This document shows positions 25,944 through 37,096 of a stretch of DNA of 64,000 nt, one piece after another (position 1 is the stretch's first letter; each line of letters starts with the position of its first letter). The DNA lies in the NCBI GenBank assembly GCA_943350445.1, contig CALRAE010000002.1, forward strand, positions 2,134-66,133. The letters run 5' to 3'. The notes under the pieces were generated by a model. The model saw only the letters and a list, made by a program, of their open reading frames with translations. It had not been told where the DNA came from and did not search any database. This DNA is from Candidatus Nomurabacteria bacterium (GTDB lineage: Bacteria > Patescibacteriota > Minisyncoccia > Phycocordibacterales > UBA9973). The translations under genes were made by a program, and so were the position numbers.

Positions 25944-28900
25944 TTGGGCCAAGCAAATATGCATACAATTGCAAAGCGTCCGAAGAAGTATTTTAGTAGA
26001 TACAAGAAACCTCTCGTCGAATTTCCAAATTTGATCGAGTCTCAAGTAAAAAGTTTTAAGTGGTTGGTGGAGAAAGGCATTGGAGAAGTTTTTAAGGAAT
26101 TTTCTCCCATCAGCGACTACTCGACAAAAAAGTTTCAATTAGAATTCACCTCTTTCTCTTTGGGTGAATCAAAGACAGATGAAAATAATTCAAAAATAAA
26201 CAAACTCTCTTACCAAGGGCTTCTAAAAGCGCGCGTAAAATTGACGAACAAGATTTTAGGCACGGTTAAGGAGCAGGAAATATTCATGTCTGAATTTCCT
26301 TTGATGACTTCTCATGGAACTTTCATCATAAATGGTGTAGAGCGTGTGATTGTGCCACAGCTGGCGAGAAGTTTCGGAGTTTTCTTCACTGAATCTGAAA
26401 GTAAGGGTAATAGATATTTCGGTGCAAAGATTATTCCTGCTCGTGGAGTTTGGATCGAGATAGAATCAGAGTCCGATGGGGCTATTTACATCAGAATAGA
26501 CAAAAAGCGAAAATTCCCAGCGACAGCTTTACTGCGTGCGATGGGCTACGAAAGCAATGAATCCATAATCAAGGCTTTTTCTGGTAATAAAAACCCTATT
26601 TTTGAAGAAACAATAAAGAACTGTCTAGCAAAAGACGGAGTTAAGACATTGAGTGATTCTTTTATTGAAATATATAAGCGCTTAAGAGATGGCGATATGG
26701 CTACAGCGGATAATGCGAAAGAATTTATAAATTCTTTGTTTACTGCAGAGCGATACGACCTTTCTCCAGTTGGACGTTTCCGATTCAATCAGCGCTTTGA
26801 AAAGCCTATGGATGAAGTAGCACTTCTCCGCAGAACCATATCTAAAGAAGATTTGGTCACAGTTATAATGCACATTATCCTTTTAAACAATACTCCAGAT
26901 GCAAAGAGTGACGATATAGATCACTTGGGTCAAAGACGTGTTAGATTCGTCGGTGAAATTTTACAACAGAAAATTCGCACAGGTATGATGCAAATCAAAA
27001 GAAACATTCAAGACCGAATGTCCATCATTGATGTTGATACTGCTATGCCTATCGCCATCATCAATCAGCGTCCACTCCAAGCTCGCATAAAAGAATTTTT
27101 CACTACAAATCAACTCTCACAATTCATGGCGCAAGAAAACGTGCTTTACGAAATAGAGCACTTGCGTACGCTTTCAGCACTCGGACCTGGTGGACTCACC
27201 CGTGAGCGCGCAGGTCTTGAAGTTCGTGATGTGCATCCTTCACACTACGGAAGAGTTTGCCCTATTCATACTCCTGAAGGTCCAAACATTGGACTTATCT
27301 TACACCTTTCGACTTATGCGAAAATAAATGAATTCGGAATAATCGAAACTCCGTATATCAAAGTCAAAAACGGTAAACTAACTTTTGAGGTGGTTTATTT
27401 GAACGCACTCGAAGAAGAAAAATTTAACATCGCGCATGCAGCGACTCCTTATGATGATAAGGGAAATATAACAGAAGAAAAAGTAGAAGCTCGAGTCAAG
27501 ACAGAACCAGGATCAATTTCTCGTGAGGAGGTTGATTTTATTGACGTTGCTCCAAACCAGGCATTTTCTATTGCAACTTCTATGATTCCATTTTTGGAAC
27601 ACAACAATGCAAACCGTGCACTCATGGGAAGTAATATGCAGAAACAAGCTGTGCCTTGTGTTCTTCCGGAAGCTCCATTAGTTGCGACCGGTATGGAAGA
27701 ATTGGCCTCACGAGATTCAGGTAGATTGATCGTGGCAGAAGAGGACGGGGTTATTTCTTATGTTGATGCGAAAAAGATAGTAATGGAAGGTAAAAAGGAA
27801 AAGACTTATAGTCTAGTTAATTTCATGAGAAATAATAACTTTGCTGTATTTCACCAGCGCCCTCTCGTAAACGTCGGTGATAAGGTAAAGAAGGGCGATG
27901 TGCTTGCAGATACTAGTAGTACTGTAGGTGGCCAGATCTCTATAGGGCAGAATGTTTTTGTGGCTTTCTTGTCATGGTCTGGTTCAACTTATGAAGACGC
28001 TATCATTATTTCTGAACGTTTAGTAAAAAAGAGTAAATTTACATCTATCTATGTAGAGGAATTTACTTGTGTGGTTCGTGATACAAAACTTGGGCCTGAA
28101 ATCACTACTCGCGATATACCAAATGTTGGAGAATTAAAACTCAAGGACCTAGATGAGGACGGAGTTGTCCGCATTGGAGCAGAAGTTAGAGAAAACGATA
28201 TCTTGGTTGGTAAAATTACTCCAAAAGGGGAAACAGAACTTACTCCAGAAGAGAGACTGTTGCGATCTATATTTGCTGAAAAGGCTCGTGATGTTAAAGA
28301 TACATCACTTCGTGTTGAACACGGAAAGCGTGGACGTATAATTGGTGTGAAGATTTTCTCTCGTGATTTAGGACATACACTTGAGGCGGGAATTATCAAG
28401 AAGATTGTTATCGAGGTTGCACAAATCAGAAATATTTCAGTTGGAGACAAGCTTTCTGGCCGACACGGAAACAAGGGAGTTATTTCAAAAATAATGCCAG
28501 AAGAGGATATGCCTTATATGGCAGATGGTACACCGATAGATGTTATTCTTTCGCCACTTGGTGTTCCTTCTCGTATGAACTTAGGACAGATATTGGAATT
28601 ACACCTTGGTATGGCAGCAAATAGTCTCGGCTATCAAGCAATCGTTCCACCATTTTTGGGTGCTAAGTATGAAGAGATAAAACAAGAATTGGTAAAGGCT
28701 GGATTGCCAGAAAATGGTAAATTAAAACTTTTTGATGGACGTACTGGAGAAGCTTTCGAGCAAGATATAGCGGTGGGTTATATGTATATGCTCAAATTGC
28801 ACCACATGGTTGAAGACAAGATTCACATGCGTTCGATCGGACCCTACTCTCTTATTACACAACAGCCACTTGGAGGCAAGGCTCAAGGTGGAGGCCAGAG

Positions 28901-29132
28901 ATTTGGAGAAATGGAAGTCTGGGCACTCGAAGGTTACGGTGCTGCTTATACACTTCGTGAAATGCTTACTATAAAGTCTGATGACATACTAGGTCGATCT
29001 GCTACTTTTGATTCTATTATCAAAAATGAGACTATTCGACCGCCAAATTCTCCTGCATCTTTCAATGTGCTCCTCAATTACTTGCGAGGTCTTGCCATGG
29101 ATGTAGATCTAAAGAAAACCGGAGACAAATAA
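25944..29132 (+). CDS. rpoB: DNA-directed RNA polymerase subunit beta, reduced form of 1,062 aa
   Basis: VCPIHTPEGPNIGLI, GDKLSGRHGNKGV, RFGEMEVWALE. Confidence 0.9.
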   Translation: MGQANMHTIAKRPKKYFSRYKKPLVEFPNLIESQVKSFKWLVEKGIGEVFKEFSPISDYSTKKFQLEFTSFSLGESKTDENNSKINKLSYQGLLKARVKLTNKILGTVKEQEIFMSEFPLMTSHGTFIINGVERVIVPQLARSFGVFFTESESKGNRYFGAKIIPARGVWIEIESESDGAIYIRIDKKRKFPATALLRAMGYESNESIIKAFSGNKNPIFEETIKNCLAKDGVKTLSDSFIEIYKRLRDGDMATADNAKEFINSLFTAERYDLSPVGRFRFNQRFEKPMDEVALLRRTISKEDLVTVIMHIILLNNTPDAKSDDIDHLGQRRVRFVGEILQQKIRTGMMQIKRNIQDRMSIIDVDTAMPIAIINQRPLQARIKEFFTTNQLSQFMAQENVLYEIEHLRTLSALGPGGLTRERAGLEVRDVHPSHYGRVCPIHTPEGPNIGLILHLSTYAKINEFGIIETPYIKVKNGKLTFEVVYLNALEEEKFNIAHAATPYDDKGNITEEKVEARVKTEPGSISREEVDFIDVAPNQAFSIATSMIPFLEHNNANRALMGSNMQKQAVPCVLPEAPLVATGMEELASRDSGRLIVAEEDGVISYVDAKKIVMEGKKEKTYSLVNFMRNNNFAVFHQRPLVNVGDKVKKGDVLADTSSTVGGQISIGQNVFVAFLSWSGSTYEDAIIISERLVKKSKFTSIYVEEFTCVVRDTKLGPEITTRDIPNVGELKLKDLDEDGVVRIGAEVRENDILVGKITPKGETELTPEERLLRSIFAEKARDVKDTSLRVEHGKRGRIIGVKIFSRDLGHTLEAGIIKKIVIEVAQIRNISVGDKLSGRHGNKGVISKIMPEEDMPYMADGTPIDVILSPLGVPSRMNLGQILELHLGMAANSLGYQAIVPPFLGAKYEEIKQELVKAGLPENGKLKLFDGRTGEAFEQDIAVGYMYMLKLHHMVEDKIHMRSIGPYSLITQQPLGGKAQGGGQRFGEMEVWALEGYGAAYTLREMLTIKSDDILGRSATFDSIIKNETIRPPNSPASFNVLLNYLRGLAMDVDLKKTGDK

Positions 29133-29151
29133 TAAAATATAAATCAAAAAT

Positions 29152-32100
29152 ATGAAAACATTAAACACAACTGAATTTGATCGAATTGCTCTCCGTCTTG
29201 CGTCTCCGGAGCAGATAAAAGAATGGTCTTTTGGAGAAGTTACTAAGCCTGAAACGATCAACTATCGTACAGGTCGTTCTGAGCGTGGTGGTCTCTTTGA
29301 CGAAAAGATATTCGGGCCAGAAAAAGACTATGAGTGTTATTGTGGAAAATATCGTCGAATTCGCTACAAAGATATTATTTGTGAGAAATGTGGAGTCGAG
29401 GTTACTCGTTCTATAGTTCGACGTGAGCGTATGGGGCATATCGAACTCTCTACTCCAGTATCACACATCTGGTTCTTGCGTGGGGTGCCTTCTCGTATGA
29501 GTATTCTCCTCAATATCTCTGTTTCTGATCTTGAAAAGGTTATCTATTTCGCCGGGTACATAATTACAAAAGTTCACGAAGAAGAAAAAGAGAATGTCAT
29601 ATCTGGTCTAGATAAAGAGTATAAAGTTAAACTTAAAAATGCAGCTGATGATGATACTAGAGAAAAACTAAAGAACCTGCTTTCTATTACTAAAAAAGAA
29701 ATTGGGGAAATCTATGAAGGAAAGGTTTTGAATGAGATTTCTTTCCACCATTACTCATTGAAATATGGTACTTGCTTTGAAGCTAATATAGGGGCTGAAG
29801 CTATATATTCTATTTTTAAGAATCTAGATTTAAATAAATTAAAGGCTCACACCCAAGCGATGATCGAGAAGGCTAGTGCTATAGAAAAAGAGAAGCTACA
29901 AAAGAGACTTTCTCTTATTCGTGCTATGACATATGCGAACATTCGACCAGAATGGATGTTCTTGACTGTGATCCCAGTTATTCCGCCAGTTTTACGTCCG
30001 ATGGTGGCTCTTGATGGAGGTAGACATGCGACTTCTGATTTGAATGACTTATATCGCCGAGTTATAAACAGAAATAATCGTCTAAAGAAACTTAAGGAAA
30101 TAAATGCTCCTGACGTTATTTTACGTAATGAGAAAAGAATTATTCAGGAAGCAGTCGATGCTCTTATTGATAACTCAATTGCAAAGCAAAATGATTCTGC
30201 TGCAATGAGTCAATCACAAAAGCGTCCTCTTAAATCTCTATCTGATAATTTGAAGTCCAAGCAAGGCCTATTTAGACAGAATTTATTAGGAAAGCGTGTA
30301 GACTATTCAGGTCGTTCAGTTATCGTTGTTGGTCCTGAGTTGAAATTAAATCAATGTGGGTTACCAAAACACATGGCGCTAGAACTTTTCAGACCATTCG
30401 TTATTTCTAAAATATTACAGGCAGAACTAGCATTCAATATTCGTGGAGCAAACAAGCTTATTGAGGAACGTACTCCTGATGTCTGGGCAATGCTCGAAGA
30501 AGTTATCGCTGGAAAATATGTTCTCTTAAACCGTGCACCTACTTTGCATAGACTTGGTATTCAGGCTTTCAATCCTATTCTAATTGAAGGAAATGCTATT
30601 CAAGTGCACCCTCTTGTGTGTCAAGCTTTCAACGCTGACTTCGACGGAGATCAGATGGCTGTCTATGTGCCTCTTCTTGAAGAAGCGCAGTCTGAAGCTA
30701 AAGAATTAATGGCGGCAAACAAGAACTTATTAAAACCACAAAATGGTGATCCTATCGTTCATCCTCGTATGGATATGGTGCTCGGAAGTTATTGGATGAC
30801 CAAATCAATGGATGGTGAAAAAGGTGAGGGCAAGTACTTTTCTCGTCCCAATATCGCCATTAGTGCATATGAGTATGGTGTGACTTCTTTACGTGCTAGG
30901 GTAAAAGTTCTAGCACATGACACACCTAAATATAAAAAATTTGATGGCGGAATTTTCGAGACTTCAGCTGGTAAACTTCTCTTTAACACTATTTTGCCGG
31001 ATGATTTTCCTTATGTTGGTGATGAAATGACTCAAGATAGACTTTCAGCGCTTTTGGATGAGCTTATTGTGCATTCAGGTGTAGAAAAGACTCCAGATAT
31101 CTTGGATAAAATTAAAGCTTTTGGTTTCAAATATTCTACAATTTCTGGTACTACTTGGGGACTCGACAACGTGTCTGTTTCACCAGAAAAGCCGGCTATT
31201 ATAGTGAAGGGTAAAAAACTTGAAGAAGAGATAGTTTCTCAATGGCGTGAAGGCTTGCTTTCTGAGGAAGAAAAATATCAGAAAATTATTGAAATCTGGA
31301 CACATACCAAGAAAGATTTGGAAAAGGTTTTACCAAAGACGCTCGACAAAAGAAGTTCTACTTATGACTTGTTTACTTCCAAGGCGAGAGGTACTATGTC
31401 ATCTTTAATGCAGATGACGGGGATGATCGGGCTTATCCAGAACAACCAAGGTAAGACTTTGGAATTCCCAATTATCCCTTGTTACCAAGAAGGTCTTTCT
31501 CCTATCGAATACTTCGTCATTACGCACGGTGCTCGTAAAGGAGCATCTGACACTGCTCTAAACACCGCTAAAGCTGGATATTTGACTCGCCGACTCGTAG
31601 ACGTGGCGCAAGACGTGGTCATCACCGAAGAAGATTGTGGCACAAAGGAAGGTAAGATTGTTTCCAAGGAAAATATTTCCGGAATTGAAATTCCACTTTC
31701 TAAAAACATTCGTGGAAGAATATTGGCTGGAGATTTGAAAGATAAGGATGGCAAAGTGGCCTACAAGCGAGGTTTCTTGGTTACCAAAGAAGAAGCGTAC
31801 AATATAGAAGGCACGGGCTTTACTGAAGTTTTCGTTCGCTCGCCTCTTACTTGTAAAACTGTCCATGGTCTATGTCAAATGTGCTATGGCCTTGATCTCG
31901 GACGTAATCACTTGGTGGACCTTGGTGAAGCAGTGGGCATCATAGCGGCGCAAGCTATCGGCGAACCTGGTACTCAGCTTACACTACGCACATTCCACGC
32001 CGGAGGTGTCGCTGGTACAGACATTACCACTGGTCTGCCTCGCGTTGAAGAAATCTTTGAAAGAAGAATTCCTAAAAATCCTGCGATTATTTCTGAGACA

Positions 32101-32778
32101 GACGGAGAAGTTATGGAAATCAAAGCGAAGGACGGCAAAGAAAAGATCATCAAAGTTCTTTCTGATACCAAGATGGATGGTAAGCCTAATGAGATCGAAT
32201 ACCTCGTAGCTTTCCGCCGAAGCCCAATAGTAAAGGTGGGTGACAAGGTGAAAAAAGGTGAAATTCTAACAGACGGATCTGCAGATATTGCTGAAATATT
32301 CAAATTTGGTAGTAAGGAAATGGTGGAAGAGTACATCATTCGCGAAATAAATAAAGTTTACGAATTGCAGAGTGCTTCGATTTCTAGAAAGCACACAGAA
32401 ATAATTATTCGTCAAATGTTCTCTCGCCGAAAGATCAAAGATGCTGGCATTACCAATTTCTCTGTTGGTGATATTGTTGAAAACACTGCATTCATAGAAG
32501 AAAATATGAGAGTGGGTGAGTTGAAAGATAAAGATGCAGAAATTGGTGGAGCAGCGAAGGCAGAGACTGTTGTTTTGGGTATCACTGAAGTATCCCTACG
32601 TACAAAGAGCTGGCTATCTGCGGCGTCATTCCAAAACACCAACCGCGTGCTTATCGAAAATGCGATAAAGGGTGGTGTGGATAATCTCCGCGGACTTAAA
32701 GAGAATGTTATAATCGGTAGATTAATACCTGCTGGTACTGGATTCAAGAGTAAAATCAAGCCTGTGGTGGAGAAATAA
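29152..32778 (+). CDS. rpoC: DNA-directed RNA polymerase subunit beta'
   Basis: Zn finger CYCGKYRRIRYKDIICEKCG. Catalytic NADFDGDQMAV. Confidence 0.9.
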   Translation: MKTLNTTEFDRIALRLASPEQIKEWSFGEVTKPETINYRTGRSERGGLFDEKIFGPEKDYECYCGKYRRIRYKDIICEKCGVEVTRSIVRRERMGHIELSTPVSHIWFLRGVPSRMSILLNISVSDLEKVIYFAGYIITKVHEEEKENVISGLDKEYKVKLKNAADDDTREKLKNLLSITKKEIGEIYEGKVLNEISFHHYSLKYGTCFEANIGAEAIYSIFKNLDLNKLKAHTQAMIEKASAIEKEKLQKRLSLIRAMTYANIRPEWMFLTVIPVIPPVLRPMVALDGGRHATSDLNDLYRRVINRNNRLKKLKEINAPDVILRNEKRIIQEAVDALIDNSIAKQNDSAAMSQSQKRPLKSLSDNLKSKQGLFRQNLLGKRVDYSGRSVIVVGPELKLNQCGLPKHMALELFRPFVISKILQAELAFNIRGANKLIEERTPDVWAMLEEVIAGKYVLLNRAPTLHRLGIQAFNPILIEGNAIQVHPLVCQAFNADFDGDQMAVYVPLLEEAQSEAKELMAANKNLLKPQNGDPIVHPRMDMVLGSYWMTKSMDGEKGEGKYFSRPNIAISAYEYGVTSLRARVKVLAHDTPKYKKFDGGIFETSAGKLLFNTILPDDFPYVGDEMTQDRLSALLDELIVHSGVEKTPDILDKIKAFGFKYSTISGTTWGLDNVSVSPEKPAIIVKGKKLEEEIVSQWREGLLSEEEKYQKIIEIWTHTKKDLEKVLPKTLDKRSSTYDLFTSKARGTMSSLMQMTGMIGLIQNNQGKTLEFPIIPCYQEGLSPIEYFVITHGARKGASDTALNTAKAGYLTRRLVDVAQDVVITEEDCGTKEGKIVSKENISGIEIPLSKNIRGRILAGDLKDKDGKVAYKRGFLVTKEEAYNIEGTGFTEVFVRSPLTCKTVHGLCQMCYGLDLGRNHLVDLGEAVGIIAAQAIGEPGTQLTLRTFHAGGVAGTDITTGLPRVEEIFERRIPKNPAIISETDGEVMEIKAKDGKEKIIKVLSDTKMDGKPNEIEYLVAFRRSPIVKVGDKVKKGEILTDGSADIAEIFKFGSKEMVEEYIIREINKVYELQSASISRKHTEIIIRQMFSRRKIKDAGITNFSVGDIVENTAFIEENMRVGELKDKDAEIGGAAKAETVVLGITEVSLRTKSWLSAASFQNTNRVLIENAIKGGVDNLRGLKENVIIGRLIPAGTGFKSKIKPVVEK

Positions 32779-32823
32779 TCTTTTAGTCTATTAGACTTCG
32801 GGGGTGGGTGATCAATAAAAATT

Positions 32824-34560
32824 ATGTCCTCATCTGTTGATCAAATAAAATCAAGAATAGACATACTCTCGCTTATCTCATCTTATATAAAGTTGGATAA
32901 GGCGGGGGCGAGCTCTAAGGGCCGATGTCCTTTTCACAATGAAAAGACCCCAAGCTTTTTTGTCTCGCCGGATCGTGGGAGCTATTATTGTTTTGGCTGT
33001 GGAGCCTCCGGAGATATTTTTACTTTCGTTCAGGAATTCGAAGGGTTGGATTTCAAGGGTGCCTTAAAACTTTTAGCCGATAGGGCTGGAGTGGCGCTTG
33101 AAGTGTACAGTCCAGAGATGAAGGAAGCGGAAAGTGAAAAGGAAAAAATTTATCGAGTGATGGAAGAGGCTACCAAGTTCTTTGAAAACAATCTGAAAGA
33201 TTATAAGCCGGCGCAAGAGTATTTAAAATCTCGTGGACTCGAAGATAAAACTATCGGTGATTTCAGAATAGGTTATGCAATTCTGGATTGGAGAAAGTTG
33301 TGTGATTTTTTGAGGTCAAAGAATTTCACAGACAAAGAAATAGAGCTTGCTGGGCTTGCCAAAAAACCAGAAGATACATCTAAGGCGATGTACGATAGAT
33401 TTCGAGGACGAGTGATGTTTCCGATTAGTGATTCGAGTGGTCGCATAATTGCTTTTTCTGGTAGAATTTTATCCGATGACGGTAAATCAGCAAAATACCT
33501 GAATAGTCCAGAGACTCCGATATTCAACAAATCTTCGGTATTGTTTGGTATAGATAAAGCAAAGGAATCTATACGAAGAAATGATTTTTCTATTCTGGTA
33601 GAAGGGCAGATGGACCTCGTGCTTTCTCATCAGGCTGGTTTCAAGAATACCGTGGCTTCTTCTGGCACAGCCATGACGGATCAGACTATTTCCAAAGAGA
33701 ATTTGATAAACAATCTAGGTCTTGTTTGTAGATTGTCCAAAAATATTGTCCTCGCTTATGATGCCGACAAGGCAGGACTCAATGCTTCGAATCGTTTTGC
33801 TAAAATCGCTCTTTCGCTCGGGATGGATGTGAAGGTGGCGGGCATCAAGGAAGGGGTAGACCCAGCTGATACAATCTCAAAAGAGGGGAAAGACGCTTGG
33901 AGGGAAGTCATCAGGAATTCCAAGCACTTTATTCCCTTTATGTTGGAGAAAATTCTGAAGCAAGCCTCGGGGGATGGTAGGAAAGCAGGCATCTTGATTA
34001 AAGATCGCCTTCTGCCTTTCCTGAATGATTTGGAGAGTGCGATAGAAAAAGCACATTTTATTACTCTGATTAGTAATCAATCGGGCATAGCAGAGAAGGC
34101 ACTTCTCGAGGATTTAAAAAAAGTGGAGTCTGAATTGAAGCACGAAAAAGAAGACACAGAAAATGCAATAGTTAATGTTGAGAAAAGATTAAGAAAAGAC
34201 CCTATCGAGCGCCGGCTTCTCGGAATAGCTTTTTGGCAAGAGAGTATGCAAAATAGGACTATAGATCCCGCGTTAATTTTTACAAAACTAGATAAAACAA
34301 AAGAATCTTATAAAGATAAAAAAGAAGATTTAATTTACGAAGCGGAGTCTTTTTATTTAAATAGTGATAATTTGCAAAAAGATGTGGATGAGATGTTACT
34401 TTCGCTTGAGGAAGAATACTTAAATGAAGAACTTTCGAGGGAAATGGTAAAGCTTAAGAATTTAAAAGACAAGACAGAAGAAATAGAAATTTTAAAAAAG
34501 ATAAATGAGATAAATAAAAGAAAAGAAGTAATTAAAAACAGTCGGCAATTAAAAAAATAA
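32824..34560 (+). CDS. dnaG: DNA primase
   Basis: CHC2 zinc finger CPFHNEKTPSFFVS..YYCFGCGASGD. TOPRIM motifs ILVEGQMD and DADKAG. Confidence 0.85.
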   Translation: MSSSVDQIKSRIDILSLISSYIKLDKAGASSKGRCPFHNEKTPSFFVSPDRGSYYCFGCGASGDIFTFVQEFEGLDFKGALKLLADRAGVALEVYSPEMKEAESEKEKIYRVMEEATKFFENNLKDYKPAQEYLKSRGLEDKTIGDFRIGYAILDWRKLCDFLRSKNFTDKEIELAGLAKKPEDTSKAMYDRFRGRVMFPISDSSGRIIAFSGRILSDDGKSAKYLNSPETPIFNKSSVLFGIDKAKESIRRNDFSILVEGQMDLVLSHQAGFKNTVASSGTAMTDQTISKENLINNLGLVCRLSKNIVLAYDADKAGLNASNRFAKIALSLGMDVKVAGIKEGVDPADTISKEGKDAWREVIRNSKHFIPFMLEKILKQASGDGRKAGILIKDRLLPFLNDLESAIEKAHFITLISNQSGIAEKALLEDLKKVESELKHEKEDTENAIVNVEKRLRKDPIERRLLGIAFWQESMQNRTIDPALIFTKLDKTKESYKDKKEDLIYEAESFYLNSDNLQKDVDEMLLSLEEEYLNEELSREMVKLKNLKDKTEEIEILKKINEINKRKEVIKNSRQLKK

Positions 34561-34566
34561 AATAAC

Positions 34567-35778
34567 ATGAAGAAAAAAAATAAAAAATTAAATAAAAAGA
34601 TAAAAGTAGTAAAAAAGACTAGAAAAGTCGTCAAAAAGGTAAAAAAGATTAAAAAATTAATGAAATCAAAAGTTGTTGGCAAAAAAGCCTTGAAACTGTC
34701 TTCAGGTGAAAAGAAGGCAGTTAATTTGGCTCGTATTTCGAGCGAGCTGATAGAAAAAGGACGCAAGAGAGGGTTTATTACTTATGATGAGATCTTGAAG
34801 ACTTTCCCGGATATTGAAAATAATATTTTATTTTTAGATGAACTTTATGAGAAGTTTGCAGTTGCTGGTATCGATGTACTCGAAGGTGGGAATTTGCTTA
34901 ATCTAAATACAGATGCAACAGATAAAGATTTGAACAAGTCGACGATGCATGACTCTATTCAGATGTATCTGAAGGAGATAGGGCAATATCCGCTCATTCA
35001 TGCGAGTGATGAAAAAGACCTCGCAAAACGTATAGAGAAAGGGGATCTAGAAGCCAAAAACCTACTTGCTCGTGCGAATCTACGTCTAGTCGTTTCTATC
35101 GCCAAAAAATATGTAGGTAGATCAGCGAATCTAACACTTCTTGATCTAATTCAAGAGGGGAACTTAGGTCTTTTTAAAGCAGTTGAGAAGTTTGACTGGA
35201 CTAAGGGATATAAATTCTCTACCTATGCCACTTGGTGGATTCGTCAGTCTATCACTCGCGCTTTAGCCGACCAATCTCGCACTATCCGCATACCGGTGCA
35301 CATGGTGGAGACGATTTCTAAATACAAGCAAACTCATCGTCGCCTTTCTCAAGACTTGGGGCGAGAGCCACTTGCAGAAGAGATTGCGACCGAAATGGGT
35401 ATCCCAGTCGAGAAAATACATGTGATTGAAAATATCTCCCAAGAGACAGTCTCTCTTGAACAACCAGTTGGGGATGATGATGACAAATCAACACTCGAAA
35501 ACTTTATTCCAGATGATAAAATTTTACGTCCAGATCAAGAATCTTCACGCAGAATTCTCTCGGACCAGATTCGAGAGGTTCTAAATGAACTCAATCCAAA
35601 AGAACGCAAAATTCTCGAAATGCGTTACGGGCTACTTGATGGTATCCAACATACTCTAGAGAGAGTGGGTGAAGAGTTCGGCGTGACTCGCGAGCGTATT
35701 CGTCAAATAGAAGCAAAAGTGCACGAAAAACTCCGACAACATGAAAAGATCTCACGTTTAAAGAACTATTTCGATTAG
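34567..35778 (+). CDS. rpoD: RNA polymerase sigma-70 factor with a Lys-rich N-terminus
   Basis: Region 2 [29 protein letters not shown]. Region 4 [23 protein letters not shown]. Confidence 0.85.
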   Translation: MKKKNKKLNKKIKVVKKTRKVVKKVKKIKKLMKSKVVGKKALKLSSGEKKAVNLARISSELIEKGRKRGFITYDEILKTFPDIENNILFLDELYEKFAVAGIDVLEGGNLLNLNTDATDKDLNKSTMHDSIQMYLKEIGQYPLIHASDEKDLAKRIEKGDLEAKNLLARANLRLVVSIAKKYVGRSANLTLLDLIQEGNLGLFKAVEKFDWTKGYKFSTYATWWIRQSITRALADQSRTIRIPVHMVETISKYKQTHRRLSQDLGREPLAEEIATEMGIPVEKIHVIENISQETVSLEQPVGDDDDKSTLENFIPDDKILRPDQESSRRILSDQIREVLNELNPKERKILEMRYGLLDGIQHTLERVGEEFGVTRERIRQIEAKVHEKLRQHEKISRLKNYFD

Positions 35779-35854
35779 CGAGGAGCATGTGAAAATTTAT
35801 TTTCACAATGTCCGAGTGCCATCGAAATATTGTACCCAGTTATATTTTGATTAA

Positions 35855-36583
35855 TTACAACCTCGCCTCATCGAGGCCATCATTTGATGTGGTGATCTCG
35901 AAAAGTTTATCCATATATTTCCAGAAGCCATCGTTTCCCTTTTGTTCCCATGCGCATTCTGTTGCAAGAGCTTCGCGGAAGGCTTTTTTATGAAGCTGGG
36001 GGATTGGGTAGTGTCTATAAACCCAAGCTACATCTCCATTACTTTTTTCTACTACTTGATGCATGGTGTTATGGAATACTTTACAGAAAGGACATTCAAG
36101 GTCTGAGTATTCAACTATGATTATTTTTGCATTTGCATCTCCCAGAATATGATCATCGGGTGAAACTGGTTTTAGTTTGGTTTCAATTGACGCTACTTCA
36201 TTTTTCAGTATTCGTTCCATATTTTTCATTATTATGTCATATGGTTGAGCACCGGGGATGGTAGTATATGTTTTTTCGTCACCTCCAATAAAAGAGACTA
36301 CTTTACCGTCCTTTAGTATAAAAGAAGAAGGAGTTCCACTTACTCCAGCTTTAACCCCATCATCTATATCAGCTTCTATCTTGTCTTTAAATTTTCCACT
36401 TGCAAGGCAGGTATTAAATGATTTTACATTAAGTCCAATCATCTTAGAAATTGATGCATTCACCGCTACTGCTGGTGCAGAACTTCCTTTTAGTAAAATC
36501 GCTCCTGCTATAACAAGTCCGGCTATTACTATAGCTCCAGCTATTTGCTTGGTTCCACCTTCATTTTTTGTATTTTCTTCCAT
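35855..36583 (-). CDS. DsbA-family thiol:disulfide oxidoreductase, membrane-anchored
   Basis: N-terminal TM helix. Thioredoxin-fold CxxC in YSDLECPFCKVFH. Confidence 0.6.
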   Translation of the reverse strand: MEENTKNEGGTKQIAGAIVIAGLVIAGAILLKGSSAPAVAVNASISKMIGLNVKSFNTCLASGKFKDKIEADIDDGVKAGVSGTPSSFILKDGKVVSFIGGDEKTYTTIPGAQPYDIIMKNMERILKNEVASIETKLKPVSPDDHILGDANAKIIIVEYSDLECPFCKVFHNTMHQVVEKSNGDVAWVYRHYPIPQLHKKAFREALATECAWEQKGNDGFWKYMDKLFEITTSNDGLDEARL

Positions 36584-36727
36584 TGTTATATATTAAATAT
36601 TAATATAGCCATTGTAGCATATACCATTGTCTTTTTAAAAGTAGTATACCCCCACACCCGATATGAGCTTGTAATAAATTGGGTGTAGGAGTATAATTAT
36701 ATCTATTATTAATTATTTATAAATATT

Positions 36728-37009
36728 ATGTATGATTCAAAATGTGGTAGTGGAAAGTGTACTCTAGTTTTGATTGGTAAAATATTACTGATTGTTGGAG
36801 GTGTCAACTGGGGTCTAGTGGGTGTTGGGATGTTGATGGATACTGACTTAAATGTCGTACATATGCTTATTGGCTCTTTGGCTTACGTAGAAGCTGTCGT
36901 ATACATACTAGTAGGTGTGGCTGCTATCATGACGATTTTTGGTTATAAGTGTAAAAACTGCACGAATTCATGTGGCTCTTGTGCAGAAGGTGGAGAAAAC
37001 AAAGTATAA
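36728..37009 (+). CDS. DUF378-family small membrane protein with Cys-rich termini
   Basis: Conserved GGVNWGLVG motif. Confidence 0.5.
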   Translation: MYDSKCGSGKCTLVLIGKILLIVGGVNWGLVGVGMLMDTDLNVVHMLIGSLAYVEAVVYILVGVAAIMTIFGYKCKNCTNSCGSCAEGGENKV

Positions 37010-37033
37010 TACTTTTGATTTTTCTTATAAAAA

Positions 37034-37057
37034 AAGCTCCCTTTTGGGGCTTTTTTA
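37034..37057 (+). terminator. Rho-independent terminator after the DUF378 gene
   Basis: AGCTCCC-tttt-GGGGCT followed by TTTTTT. Confidence 0.5.
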
Positions 37058-37096
37058 TTTACATTTAACCCAAGAAATGATATAATAGAAAAGTAA

